DNA of 62,337 nucleotides, the filler included, from Rhabdomonas costata (taxonomy: Eukaryota), in assembly GCA_019059605.1 (NCBI GenBank). It is 34 parts of 34 records of this genome, joined end to end, with 100 filler letters (N's around TTAATTAATTAA, not from the genome) between each part and the next. Parts side by side here need not be neighbours in the genome. Positions count along the whole stretch, not along the records: positions 12,857 to 14,593 come from JAHMHO010009831.1; positions 14,694 to 16,430 come from JAHMHO010009832.1; positions 16,531 to 18,267 come from JAHMHO010009833.1; positions 18,368 to 20,106 come from JAHMHO010009834.1; positions 20,207 to 21,943 come from JAHMHO010009835.1; positions 22,044 to 23,776 come from JAHMHO010009836.1; positions 23,877 to 25,613 come from JAHMHO010009837.1; positions 25,714 to 27,450 come from JAHMHO010009838.1; 26 more parts are not named here. One strand, 5' to 3'. Below, in pieces: positions 12,892 to 25,989 of the stretch. Both the position numbers and the translations under genes were made by a program. Within the stretch, counting starts at the first letter, position 1. The number at the start of each line of letters is the position of its first letter. The notes below the pieces were generated by a model. It did no database searches, was not told the origin of the DNA, and saw nothing but the letters and a program-made list of their open reading frames with translations.

Positions 12892-14506
12892 GGAGCACTA
12901 CACAGACCCTCGGTACAGGGACCAGCTGCCGCCCGATGTGGACCCCGAGAACTACGTTGCTGGGGGCCTCGTGGTCATGGACATCGCTTCGGGGCAAGTG
13001 AAGTGGGCCAAACGTGTGCCGCTGTTACCAACTTATCCCCTCCTTTCCCTCAAAACTCCTTTGCAAGTGTTTAAAAAGTAGTTTTTGAGCGAGGACAGGG
13101 TGACGACAGGATTACAAATGGTGGTGACCATCGTGTGATGGTGTGTGGCAGGGGAAAACATGGAAAATGGCTGAAGGCTGCCGACCAGTACTCCTTGAAT
13201 GCACCAGTGATAGTGATGGTTTGAAGTTCTGTCTGCCGGCTCAGCTGCAAGCTGATCGGTTTTATAGGTGTGATCGACTGACCCCAAGGACCGACCACGC
13301 AGCGTTTCTGGAGGCGTGCTCTGCATGCAAAGAACCCAGCCCTTCTTTGGCTTGGCACTCGTGGAGGTTTTCAAATTCTTTCTTCGCATCCCCTTCTCTC
13401 AGACCTTGACCTGACCACGAACAAGGTGAAGTACCGCGCCTTCATATACGCCTCTCCCACGGTGGTCGACCTGGACGGCGACGGTAAGGTGGAGATCATC
13501 CAATCCACCTCACAAGGCTTCATCTACGTCTTTTCCAACACAGGCGCGCCCTCTTCACTCGCGTCCTCAAGACGTCAAGGAGCTCGAAGGGGGAGTGGGG
13601 TGGACAGGAGCATGAGCCAGCCTTTTCGGTGGCTTTCGGTGGTGACCAGTTCGTATTCGTCAAACGTTCGGAAACGTTAGAGAGCTCCCCCCTGCCCGCT
13701 GGAACTCGCACATGCATGTCCAACAAATGAAAGCACCTTGGATCTTAGACATCTTGGAAAGAGTCCCAGGGGACGCGCTCATCGCCTCCTAACCCCCTGC
13801 TAATTCCCATGTTAGAATTCCATGGAACCCGTACATCGCCACCTAACCCCCCTAACCCCCTTCCATAAAATGCGCTAGCGCCGCTCTTGCTTTTTTTTTT
13901 TGCCACTGCGCAGCGATGTCCACAGAGAGTTGTCAGCTGTAGTATTTTTCGGTGTTGGTGGCATCGCGCTTTGACGGAACGTGCGTCAATGTGCGGATAT
14001 CCTCTGCTACCTGTCTTTTTTAGGTGAGCTGCGGAAGGGGTTTCCTAAGTTCATGGCGGAGATCCAGGGCCAAGTCGCCGTGGCTGACGTCGACGAGGAC
14101 GGCCGCCTGGGTATGCTTGAAAGCCTGTTCTGCTTCACTTAAAAAAAGGAAAAACTGTTTGCTGAAGTTTCGGTCTTAATTCCAAAAAGAAACAGTGAAA
14201 AAATGAAAGGCAAAAAAATTAAATGTAATGGGGCATTTCCCGATTCCTCATCTGCTCCCCTGTTTGCTTCGGTACCCTTGCTACTTCACACTAATTGGGT
14301 GTCGAAAAACTGCACGTTCAAAAATCGGGTAACTTAAGGTGAGCTGGATGGACGGGTGGGGTTCCTCTCAGGGGCTATTCATGCTCCCCCTCTGCCCCTA
14401 CTGTTTTCCAGATCTGTGCGCGGCGGACTTTAAATCGAACATCGCGTGCTTCGGCCGCGACGGAGAGGACCTATGGGAAAGGCAGATCTCCGGAGTCTCC
14501 GCCCAG
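12892..14506 (+). CDS. DEX1: DEX1-like FG-GAP repeat protein (exons 12892-13013, 13403-13543, 14024-14110, 14412-14506)
   Basis: The spliced product YVAGGLVVMD...VKWAKHLDLTT...YRAFIYASPTVVDLDGDG...GFPKFMAEIQGQVAVADVDEDG...LWERQI follows plant DEX1 colinearly. Confidence 0.9.
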
Positions 14507-15089
14507 GTCCTCGCTGCGCTGGAAGCATATCAATTCTGCTCCCTCACCGTTCTCTCACCTCGTGGGCTGTACTGCCTGTAGAATGTAGAATGANNNNNNN
14601 NNNNNNNNNNNNNNNNNNNNNNNNNNNNNNNNNNNNNTTAATTAATTAANNNNNNNNNNNNNNNNNNNNNNNNNNNNNNNNNNNNNNNNNNNNCGCCCTT
14701 GAAGTCCTGGATTGACCGTGCCCCAAATCTCGATGGTCCAGCGATTCTTCACAATTTCTCCCGTGAGCGCGGTTTTCTGCTGGTGCGTTGTTTGCTGAGC
14801 GGAGCCCTCCAAGCGCAGCATCTAACGTCGGGCGTTGCCCAAGTCCGCGCACGCTCCAGCGTATGTGGTCCAGGGCATGTGATTCCGAATTTGGGGTTTG
14901 TCGTCCTTTTTCGATGCTGAGTCCAATGCAGTTTTTCGCGTTTAGGTGTCCTGTGATTGGGATTGACAACAGATGTCTGCGTGCATCTTGCATGCATCTC
15001 GAGGTGCCAGAGGAGTGTTTGACGATCTTTGGGAGTCAGGCTCCCAAAAGCTTGTGGGATGCTCGCCAAAACCAAAATTTTCTTCCCAG

Positions 15090-15230
15090 GTTTGACCATC
15101 GCTGCCGCGAAGGGGGAAACCTTCCCTGTGTTCCGGGCCACGGGGCCCAACCAGAGCCTGCTGTTCATTACGGGCGCGGTGGACCTGACTCTGCGCGGGC
15201 TGCACTTCGACGCCGCGGGACAGCCCGGCT
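15090..15230 (+). CDS. Exon of a possible right-handed beta-helix (pectin-lyase-like) surface protein
   Basis: GLTIAAAKGETFPVFRAT...LLFITGAVDLTLRGLHFD; cccag acceptor; 3' end approximate. Confidence 0.45.
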
Positions 15231-15419
15231 GTGTGGGAGTCGAGGCTTGTCCGCACTTACATACATCCCCCACGCGCTTTGCATACAACTTGTTGCGTTC
15301 TTTTTTTCGGAAAGGCAACAAATCCGCCCTTCATTAACTACGGTGCAGTGTCCGCTGTATTCAATTCACAGAAATGAAGGTACTCCTTGTTAAGTTGGGT
15401 TCCGCAAGCGGTCCAATGA

Positions 15420-15846
15420 ATGTTGAGGGGGAGGGTAACAGTCACTGGTGGAAACCGTTACCAGTGTTAACCAGCCACCACTGGTAACCGTTATCACCGG
15501 TAACGGTTACCAATGGTAACAGAAACTGGCTTATGATGTGTTTTGCTATACTAAACTACTAACTACTTACTATGCTAACTAAAAACGGTCGCGTAAAATA
15601 TGCCAGAACTCTCGAAATGTTTTTGAGTTTTTTTTGTGTAACGGGATTAGGTGAGCTATGTCAGTGCCCCTTGATAATCGTTGTTGCGTAGCAGCTGAAA
15701 ATTGCTGCTAAGGGCTCGCCAGTGGCTGGGATATAGGCGGACGAGTAGGACAAAAGTAGTTTAGGGGCGAAGGCCAGCGGTAACGCGACCGGAGTGGCAG
15801 CGGCCTGCCACTGGTACCGGTAACTACTTCCCTTCACCCTCAAACG
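15420..15846. mobile_element. Possible degenerate MITE with imperfect TIRs and GGTAAC/GTTACC subterminal repeats
   Basis: The left end gttgagggggagggtaacagtcactgg resembles the reverse complement of the right end ccggtaactacttcccttcaccctcaaac; motif clusters lie near both ends. Confidence 0.4.
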
Positions 15847-16119
15847 TCCCTGGTGCCACCCCGGAGAAACAGCAATTGTTGAAGCACTATTTGTCACACA
15901 TCAGCTATTCCAAGGCAGATCCACTCTCAAAAGGCAAAAGGGCAGCTAGGAAGCACAAAGCACGTCTGCTTGCACCCGTCCACTTGCATGCGGAGGGGGG
16001 GCGGACCTCAAGAGGAAACAAAAGATCCTGAGGAAGCAAAAGATTGCAGGGGTCCACAGGAAGCAGTAGACTGAGGATGAAAAAACCAATGGAGGGAGAA
16101 CAGGGTGGCTACTTGCTAA

Positions 16120-16250
16120 GCACACCAGAAGAACACGGCCAGACTCGGCTTCCAGGGCACTCTCTGTGGCCATGCGGCGGATCTCGTGCAGCAGCATCGT
16201 CTTCCCCGAACCCTCCTCACCCCGCAGCAGCACCAGCGCGGCATCGGCAC
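16120..16250 (-). CDS. P-loop NTPase exon (AAA_16/STAND-like Walker A)
   Basis: LVLLRGEEGSGKTMLLHEIRR; boundaries approximate. Confidence 0.65.
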
Positions 16251-18439
16251 AACAAACACCTTCATGCCACCCACACACCGGACTCACCTCATCCTGTGTT
16301 CTCAGCCCACCTGTAGGGCCAAACCAACCAACCGCGTTTGCGACTCACCCCGGAAAAACATGGCAACATCCAACTCCTGCAAACCAGCAGCGGACAAAGA
16401 GTAAAATACAAGTTCACTTCAACAACACACNNNNNNNNNNNNNNNNNNNNNNNNNNNNNNNNNNNNNNNNNNNNTTAATTAATTAANNNNNNNNNNNNNN
16501 NNNNNNNNNNNNNNNNNNNNNNNNNNNNNNGAAAAAATTCTTTCTCGGCGGGCAGTGTTACTCACAACGGAGCAAACATCTTAGATTGTGGTGCTGCTTA
16601 GACAAGTAACTTCAGCGACGAGGGCCATAGCGTCAGGACGAGGTGCAAAACTTGCAACATCCCGTTTCTCCAAATTCACTGCAAGTTACTTCAGCACTAC
16701 CAGGGGCGAGCAATCGAGAAATGCCGCAGCCCCGTCAGCGAAACAATGAGCAGCAAGAGCGGGACTACTGCTCCCGCCGTGATCATAGTAGCAAGTCGTT
16801 GTGAGGCGAGAAGAGGGAAAGCACGGTGGGCCATCGCAAATGATGTACAAGACCACTCGTATTTCAGTACGCTATTCGCGTGAGAGTGCTGCACAGAGAG
16901 CGAAATGAAAAAAGAAAGCCAGCAATCTCAGGCCAGAAACGCGCGAAAAGTGTGCCTATGGGGAAGGGAGGGGCTTGATCCTACTGCTACGAAGCACGCA
17001 GGGGAAGGGCGTTGCCCGATGGGAACGGGCAGTGGTCGGGTAGTGACTGGAAACTGGACGACAAAGGAAAAATGGACGAAGGGCGAGTGACACAGAAACC
17101 CGCGCAACAAACCCAATGATTCCAGGAAACAATTCGGTGGAATGACGTCTCTTTCACGGTGTTCCTTCACATGCACCAACACAAGAACGAGTCCCCAGCA
17201 TACCTAGGACCGCCCTTGGAATCTCCCGACCCATTTTCTCTCTCCTTGAGCGAAAGGAGAGGATGGGGTGTTTGGGTGGGCTACGCTAGTCGGAAACCCT
17301 TCCCTAATGGGACAGAGTTGTGCGCGCGAAAAAAGAATACACGAATCAAAGAGAAGCCGGCCCATTAAATCAAACAAAAACCACATCCCCCCTCCCGAAA
17401 CGAGAAGAACATAGAGCCTTCGCTCCCGTGTAAAACGAAGTAAGTCAACAAAAAAATTGGGGCCCAATTATTGGTGATGGCGAGGGCACGACTTCCACTT
17501 TGCCTGGCAGTGGCGACACAGGAAGTAGCCGTGCCCCTGAAAAACCAGAAACCAAAGAGCCACTCAGAGCGCAGAAACCAACCCTCGTAGGATCCGTTTC
17601 CAGAACAGCTGCAGTGGCATCTGAATTCAAGTGTGGAATCTGATAAAGACCAGATGAAAGCAGTACCTGGTGGATGCCATAACAGTGCCGGGGGCCAGGT
17701 GAGAGCTGGATGATCTTCTCTGCGCAATTTTTCTGCCATTCCCTCCCAGCAGAAAAATCATTATTTATCGGATTCCTGCGCAAAGCAATTAAGCAATGAC
17801 ATGCCATTTTCAAGCGGGGTGGCTACGGAGGAAGCAGAATTTCTCCAGTACCGTGCTCTTCTATCCTCAAAACCACTGCTTTCGTTACCTTCCGCAACAG
17901 GGCACACAGAATGAAGGTCGCAGAAGCATCGAACAAATGACTTTGGTAACTTATTTCCGGTAACCAACAGAATAGGGGGGACAGAATGAACGCCAGAACC
18001 TAAATGTCTCCTGAATGTCTCTCTCGCACCTTTCACGTTTCTGAACCTAGAAATGCAAACCCCGTAAAAGCGCTGGCCACATACGAACAAAAAAATCAAA
18101 TTCTGGACGTAAGCATTTAACTGGCAAGGATCTGCGGGTTAGGAATTCCCCCTACTATCCCACAACCACCACGGGAGGTATTTCACACCCGTTTTCCACG
18201 GAGTCTCTTCCATGACCCCGTGTGATTGCACGGCGCATTCCAGGGCTGCCCGTGTTGCACCCACAACNNNNNNNNNNNNNNNNNNNNNNNNNNNNNNNNN
18301 NNNNNNNNNNNTTAATTAATTAANNNNNNNNNNNNNNNNNNNNNNNNNNNNNNNNNNNNNNNNNNNNGGGGGGTTGTTCCGTTGGTCTCTGATGCTCAGG
18401 CAGCAGAGACCAACGGAACAACGCATCACGAAAGTCAAC

Positions 18440-19111
18440 CGTCATGAACAAGGTTTGCAGAAGAGAGTTCATGTAACACGTGGAACCCTGAAATTCAGCA
18501 ACCCAGCCCAGAGCAGAGAGAGATCACAAACCAACGTGAAGGGACACGCACAGAGAGAAAAGTTGTGGGTAATTGCGCACATAACCATTGTTCCCTCAGC
18601 ACCAGCACTAACCAGCTGACACTGCTGTGATTCAAAGGTTATTCACTTTTCCAAACACTCACGCCATTGGATCCAGCGGGCCAGGACACCTCTCTTCACC
18701 ACCCCTTCTTGTAAAACGACTGCATTGTTCACAGTTTGTGGAACCTCTTCACCACCCCCAACCTTCACTGTGTTTGTGATGTGAGTGGGAGACTGCTCGA
18801 ACTGTCCCGCGCTGTGCCTCCTGAACCGCAACCTTGACACTCACCAAAAATTGGGAAATAAAAAGATGGTGCGACTGCAAACATGCAACTACCTGGTTTT
18901 TTAGTCCAACGTAGCCCGTCTCGGACTTCGGAGTAAAGCGATTGATGATCCGCAATCTTTGGGTGTAATGCGCACAAGTTCCTTCATTTTGAGGCCGAGT
19001 TTCGCAGCTTTGAAAGCGAATAGATGCTGCACCGTCCGAGTCCGGAAACAAAGAAGTTAGGTCAACGTCCTCGGCCTCTGTGCACTTCTGAACATCCGCA
19101 ACCTCTTCCAT
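18440..19111 (-). CDS. Ubiquitin-specific protease (C19), USP47/USP7-like Cys box (exons ending 18893 and 18440-18487)
   Basis: KSETGYVGLKNQ|GSTCYMNSLLQTLFMT across a phase-0 GT-AG intron; 5' limit of the first exon uncertain. Confidence 0.92.
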
Positions 19112-19478
19112 TTTTCAAAAGAAAAACCTTCCAAGAAGGGAAACACCAGTCCCTCACAGCTCAACGACAGCGAAAAGAAAAAATTCAGCCCCTGTCCCAT
19201 GAATGTGCACCTAGATATGCAGCGGCCCATTGGGCCCATTTGAGGTTGGGGAGAGTGTAAGTAAGGTGAAAGGGGTGAACGGCCCGGAGGCCTGGAAGCC
19301 TCAAAGCAGCAGCCCTTGTGCATAGTATATCACTGCATCGCGGAAGGCAGGCAGGCTGTTGGTGATCGTTGACGGGCGCACACAGAGGCCTTTGAACATC
19401 ATGGCTTTGGTGTAATTTGTGTGCAAGGAGGTCCACGGCAAAAAAAAACGTTGCGGGCGCCATCTCCATCCTAACAGT

Positions 19479-19579
19479 TTGCTTGCTTGCTTGCTGGCTG
19501 GCTGGCTGGCTGGCTTGCTTGCTGGCTTCCTTGCTTGCTTGCTTGCTCGCTGGCTGGCTTGCTTGCTGGCTTCCTTGCT
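19479..19579. repeat. (GCTT/GCTG)n tetranucleotide microsatellite
   Basis: Directly visible. Confidence 0.95.
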
Positions 19580-22500
19580 ACTGTGTGAAACCTAAATTCT
19601 TCTTTGTAAGTTCATTTAGACTGTCAGATAAACCACCAGGGTGTCCCACTTAACTCTGGGCAGTGAGATAGTGCGCCTAAAATTACTGATGTTGCTCTGA
19701 GACCCGGGAACTATTTACTGTAATGACATGCTGCTTTTTCAGCTGCTGCTTCTAGCTCTACATCAACTTTTCTTTGTATTGAATTTCTTCGCCCTGTAGA
19801 ATGCGGTGGAGTCCGCGCAGCGCGCCCGGGAAGTGGAAGCGGTGTTTACAGAGGGCTCTTGGGGCGCGGCCGAACCACCGTCCTTCGGCTGTTGCGTCGT
19901 GAGCTGGGCTTGTTTCCCTACAAGGTGCAGGTCAGGCAACGCCTGCACGTGGGGATATAGCCAAACGCACAGCGTTTTGCTGATGGCTGATGGGTAAATG
20001 TTTTGGCGGCATTTGCTTGAACCGGGTGTGGTTTCAGCAAGACGGGGCAGCGCCACACAGAACATGTGAGGTGTTGACCCGACATCAGCAACTCTCCCCA
20101 AAAAACNNNNNNNNNNNNNNNNNNNNNNNNNNNNNNNNNNNNNNNNNNNNTTAATTAATTAANNNNNNNNNNNNNNNNNNNNNNNNNNNNNNNNNNNNNN
20201 NNNNNNTTTTTGGGTTTCTTTGCTGTGAAGGTGTGGGTGACGCGAATCCCCGCCTCTTCATCAGGGGTTCAATGTCTGTTCAGATCTGCTTTCCTCACGC
20301 TCACTTCCACCCGCCTTCTCCTCGAACACACAAACAAGCATAGTGAATACTCTCTCAGGTCAATCATGTTGTTCATTGGAATAGCATACGGGATTACATC
20401 ATGCATCTTTCGTGAAATCCAGTGCATCTCGTTCTCGTTGCGGATGTCAGACTCGGCCTTTCTTTCTTTCTTTCTTTCTTTCCTTCCTCCGTCACACACA
20501 CGTTAACTTTTTTTACTTTTGAAAAACAGCCGTCCTCGTGGTTCTCATATGATTCTCACCTGGTTTTCATCAGATGCCTCACCAGGGTTCCTTTCTGAGC
20601 TTCAGATTCAGATTTCCTCGTTCGCACGATCTCCTTGCAGCGGGGTCCGGGGCTGTGAAGTGGCTCTCAGTGGTAGCGGTGGGTGGATGGTTCTCACACT
20701 CTCGGTAACCATCACCCCACCAAAGGGAAGGATTGTGAGGTGGTTCAGTCAGGGCACTCTCTTCCACATTCCTTTTTTTCTCTCTTGGTGTGCGGTTTTT
20801 CCCCGCCCACCACCATTTCACGGGGCCGTTCTTTTCACCTCATTTCCATGTGAGTATTGTCAGGTACACATGGATGCGGGTCAGTTCGCGATAGGCTCGC
20901 GATGGATGCATCCCCCAGGGGTGGCTCACCATGCCAGCTTGTCTGTAGGTATGCGAGCGGACCCCTTCTACCTCCCTTTGTTTTTTTGTTGCTTCCACAC
21001 TGCCGATGGTTTGGAGAGTATTCTTCATTTACGCCTTCGCTCACCGGGCTCTTTTCTTTACGGAAGAAAAGGGGAGAGGGTGGTCTCCGTTTTTATGGCT
21101 AAGCATAGCCTTTCCAGACGCAGCACCTAAAGTCGGATTGTGTTTCCGTGCTTGCAAGTCTGAATATTGACCTGGGTAGCTTTCCTGCAGCAACATAATT
21201 ATTGTCTGAGTTTTTTCTGAGAAGACAACAGAAAAGCATTGTTATATGTGTGGAATGCAAGCAAAAAAGCAGCTATTTGTTTAAGAAAATGTTACCCTTC
21301 AGATTTGCTTTTCGGACCTTGGAAAACGATTCCTTTCGCAGGCAGTTCCCGCCCCTTTTTTTTCCCAACTCCAAAAAGGACTCATTGTTTCCAGCTCACT
21401 TGCACAAAGACGCAAAGCCATTGCGACGTGTGTGTAACGTATGATGAGAGGATGGGGGCGGGTGGAGTACCTGGGGCCCCAATGCCCAATGCGGGCGTGT
21501 ACTTAAAACTCCTTAGTTTGGTGCTATTCTGGGATTTGCTGTAAGAGATAACTTCTCGTGCCAGCGAGCAACGGCTGACCCTCGAAAATAACACCAATGG
21601 AGCTTTGGGTGCTGTTCTGACTGGTGGTGTGCCTCTAGCTACGACTTCTTTCACAATTAGTCAGAGAAGTGCACGAAATATCTTTTGCTGTCGGTGAGCG
21701 AAATCCTTGATGAAATATACCCCCCTTGTTAAGCCAACATACCAGCCATATCATGCCCTTGGGACAGTAAGGCGATTTACAAAAAAGTCATAGTTAACCC
21801 AGATTTCCGTGCTTTTAGAAGGCAAGGCTGCTCGGGAGCATTTCCAGTCAACCTACGAAAGTCTGCATTTCGATTATTCCCCACTACCCACCGCCCCAAA
21901 CGGGCCTCTTCCCCCACCAGAGTCTTTTCTGCCACCACAACCCNNNNNNNNNNNNNNNNNNNNNNNNNNNNNNNNNNNNNNNNNNNNTTAATTAATTAAN
22001 NNNNNNNNNNNNNNNNNNNNNNNNNNNNNNNNNNNNNNNNNNNGTGGGGTTTTCCGATTCGCCGCGCGACGAGACCGCGCAAATGTCCGACCTCCGCCAG
22101 ACCCTGACGGCCTTCGCCACGGCGTATTTTTACCCTCACTTTGTGATCGGGAATGCGCAGTTCTCTCGCCTGGCTCAAGGCTGCCGTCGAAGCGGGTTAC
22201 CTTTGTTTTATTGGGTTGCGCAGTTGTTTGAGCTGTTTCGATTCAAAGTTAGAATAGTGCACCTAACCCCACGCGAGACATTCCGGGCACACATGCATTG
22301 CCACCTAACCACATGCCAGGTCTTCTGTTCTTTTTTCTATCAGGTGGAAGAGATTCACCCTGCAGGGTCCTTAAAATGCACCTTAAATAAGCGGGTGGTC
22401 CCCAAAATGCACCAACGCTGGTTTTGTTGAATGGACATGGGCTTCTGTCTTGGTGGAGCTATGCTGTTACCGCGGAACAGATTCCCTTCCCTTCCCTTTC

Positions 22501-23347
22501 TTGACCTTCCTCACATCTATTCCAGTGTCATTGTAGGGCGCAGGTCTTCCTTGTCCAGTTTGTTATGCGTTCTGTGGAAAATACCGAACTGTTGTGAGTA
22601 TTCTGCTCCGATCGAGAAATGAGAAATGATCGAGATGAGCAGCCCTGCTTGATGATTCCATGCTAGAGCCGATTTCTTTTTTGCTACGACGTCAGTGGAG
22701 AAGCTTCCAGTCTCGCCCCACTCCCCTTCCTTGGAGTTCGAGCTTTCGATGAGATCGGACGCCTAATATTGCGGAAATCTGCTTAGGTTTTTAGGCTTTT
22801 GCTGCTGTTGCATCATCCTCTTTTTTTTTTTCGGTGTTCACTTTTTGTCATGAAAAGTTGGACTACTGGCTTCGACCTGAAGTGACTTTGCAAATTGGTC
22901 ACCTGGAAGTCAGGTGACCTGAGCTGAGCCCCTGCTACCTCCAATGCAAATGTTTTCCCCTTGAACTAAACTCAATCCAATGTTGTAGTTTCTGCCTCTC
23001 AACACTGGATTTTAAGCGCGCCTCCTCTTTATAGGGTACTGTGCTTTTTACCCAGCCAGGTACGAAAGACACACAAAAGTCACGACAGCAGCGGCACGAC
23101 ACATTTTCCTCGTGAGATACTGCAATCTTTAATCCCCCCGCCCTTTTCGATGGTTGCTGTCCTGCTCGGAGAATCGCGAGAGGGGGGGTGCTTTTCCTTC
23201 TCACCTTCAAATCGCCCTACTTCCACTCAGTTCGTATGTCTGTTGTTGTGTGTATGTCTTTTTGTGTTACGAATTCTTCATTTTGTTCTATGCGAGTTGA
23301 GTGGCAGGAGGAGCTGTCCGAGTTCTTTGTTTTTGCATCCCTCTGAT

Positions 23348-23776
23348 ATGAAGTGGATGCTGCCGATCCTGCTTCTTGTGCTGTGCACCCCCATGTCATG
23401 CCGTTCCCTTACGGAACGGAATGCCACTGGTTTCCAACGAGGCTCTCACGCCCTTGACGGGGGACGATTATTTCTGGGTATGAATTTTTCATCGTCTTTA
23501 GGCAATTTTTGCACATTTCTTGCATTTCCTGGGGTACGGCATGTCACAGGTCTTGGAAGTGATAAATCCTAGGAACATAAGCAAAACGAGCTGGAACAAA
23601 TAGGGCAGTGGGCGTTGTGCCGTCTCACCTCCCAGCAACGATGGTATCCTCGCCTGCCTCCTTTCACTACAGGTCCGTCAGCGGCTTCCACTACAACACC
23701 GACGGGAACGAATTCGCCCACAATCACGCCCACTTCCACACCCTCCAGCACGCCCACAGGCACGCCCACACAACAA
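23348..23776 (+). CDS. N-terminus of a secreted Thr/Pro/Ser-rich (mucin-like) protein (exons 23348-23477, 23673-contig end)
   Basis: Signal-peptide-like MKWMLPILLLVLCTPMSC; a phase-1 intron joins it to PSAASTTTPTGTNSPTITPTSTPSSTPTGTPT. Confidence 0.6.
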
Positions 23777-24481
23777 NNNNNNNNNNNNNNNNNNNNNNNN
23801 NNNNNNNNNNNNNNNNNNNNTTAATTAATTAANNNNNNNNNNNNNNNNNNNNNNNNNNNNNNNNNNNNNNNNNNNNGGGGTTGGTGGATCAGGTTATCGT
23901 TTGTGCGTGAGAGGTCATCGAATGTAGCCAGATGCTAGATGCTCTCTGTGTGGCTGCTTTCTGGATGCTTTTCTTTGTCTTTGGCCCTGTGTGATTTGTG
24001 ACAAAGCACTTTCCCCCTTTCGCCAATGTTGACTGTTATGGTCGCCTGGGTGCCCCATTTTAAACAACATTGGGAAGGGGAAGGCGTAGGCTGTGCACAC
24101 AACAGCAACCACAAAAAGGCCCAATTCGGCTTTTTACCTGCTAAAGAGGCCAAAGCAACTTGGATGTACACGCCGACAAGTGGGGTGGTGATGAATAAAT
24201 AAATTACTTGAGGGTAAGGCTCGTCTTCTGGAGGGTAAGAGGAGTTTCAGTGACGGAAAAGCAGAAGGATCTTGAATTATTGACCCCTTTTCCCTTTTTG
24301 CTGTGTAATTGGGCATTTATATAATTGAGCTTTGCCTTGTTCTTAACATTTCTTGCGGTAGTGATGTAGTGTTCACCCTTTGACAACCGGAAGCGTGCAA
24401 TCCTGGTTGGGTTGCTTTGAATGTCTCCGCAATACCTGACGGAAGTGGAATTTTCTTTTTAAGGGCTCGTTTCTTTTCCAG

Positions 24482-25591
24482 GAAAGTGGTTCTGGACTGC
24501 GATGGTTCGGATGTTTCCTCCCCGGTGGCCCGTGAAGTTTGCAGACTTCTTTATTGCGGATCAGCTGACGTCAGCTCCCATGCTCTACGACACTCAGTTC
24601 ATCGCTTGCATTTGGTATACCCGAGTGGGCAAGCTGGCAGTTAAAAGCCCCATGATCTTTCAGCTGATGTTATTCCAATGCTAATAATCGGGATAACTCT
24701 CCAAAGAATATCTTCGGAAGTTTGGGCCGTATGAATTTACTTTTTTGCTTGCGCGGCTGAATGGATAATGGCCGATAACCGAATGTTGAGCATTGAACGA
24801 GCATGTGGATGATGGTTGGCATTGGAAGACACTTGCGCGCATATGAAGTATCGTCAGAAATCCACCTGAGGATCTTGTAAAGCGCTCTGGAGCAGTTTCC
24901 GTGTTCTTGGCAATCACTCGAGGAAAGCAAGCGGTTATCAAGCAACTTTTCCTTAAGTCCTGAATCGCTAGCGCTTGGTTTCAGTTTTTCGTGGTTAACA
25001 CTCCGGTTGACACTTTGGACATACTTCGTCTCCAAAAAAAAATCAAGGAGCTCGGCAAAGCACCTGGACAAAGGCTACTGCTCGCACACCTCCAGCGCCT
25101 CCATCCCAATGCTGACAAGTTTTCCCTCGTTTGCACGGTTTTGCCAATGCCTCCGACGATTTCACGGTCCGTGTTTCCTTTTACTCTTTGCTCTAGTTTT
25201 TGTTTCAACGCTGCTACCTGCCAGCACGCTTTCTGACGCCCGCGGCTTTATGGGCAAGGTGCTGGATAACGTTGGGTGAGTACAGAAGCAGGTCTTTTGT
25301 GTTGCAGCGTTCTTAGTGTTGCGGCCGAACACAGAAACGACGACATGGGACAACCTTCGGAGGACCGTCGCCGAGGAATGCTGGTGTGGGATCGTCAGGC
25401 ACGCCACATCACCATTAGGCATACCAAAGGCATCGCCTTCTGTTTTCAGGGTTTCGGCGGCTAGATATGCTGGGCAGGCTTTGTGCTTTGGTTTCCTCGT
25501 GGTGCAGGAACATGGCATGAGGACCACCAGTTTGTGTACGAGCACCTCTGGAATGCGGGGAAGTACCTGTCCACTATTGTGGCGATCTTTT
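24482..25591 (+). CDS. EXS-domain protein, XPR1/PHO1/SYG1 family (exons ~24482-24624, ~25061-25166, 25508-25591)
   Basis: VKFADFFIADQLTS, PSFARFCQCLRRF and HLWNAGKY family motifs in the correct order. Confidence 0.92.
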
Positions 25592-25989
25592 GTGAGTTTG
25601 TGGCGTTTCAGGTNNNNNNNNNNNNNNNNNNNNNNNNNNNNNNNNNNNNNNNNNNNNTTAATTAATTAANNNNNNNNNNNNNNNNNNNNNNNNNNNNNNN
25701 NNNNNNNNNNNNNGCGCAGCGTTTGGGAGGCCTGCTGATTATACAAAAGACCCCAGGCCTGCTTCGGCTTAGCCCTCTCCGTACGTGGTTCTGTAAAGGG
25801 GGGAGGGGTTACCTTTTTATTTTTGTGAACTTTTGTGACACAGTAGGGCACTGTTGTGCACTGTGAAAAAAATCGATTCGAGGTCTTCGAACTGTCTGTG
25901 AACTGTGGTTCCGTGGGGTTGTCGTTACGAAGCTTTTGTTATCAAGTCTTGAAACACAGCGCAGTTCGCTGCATGCTGCAGGAGGCACT

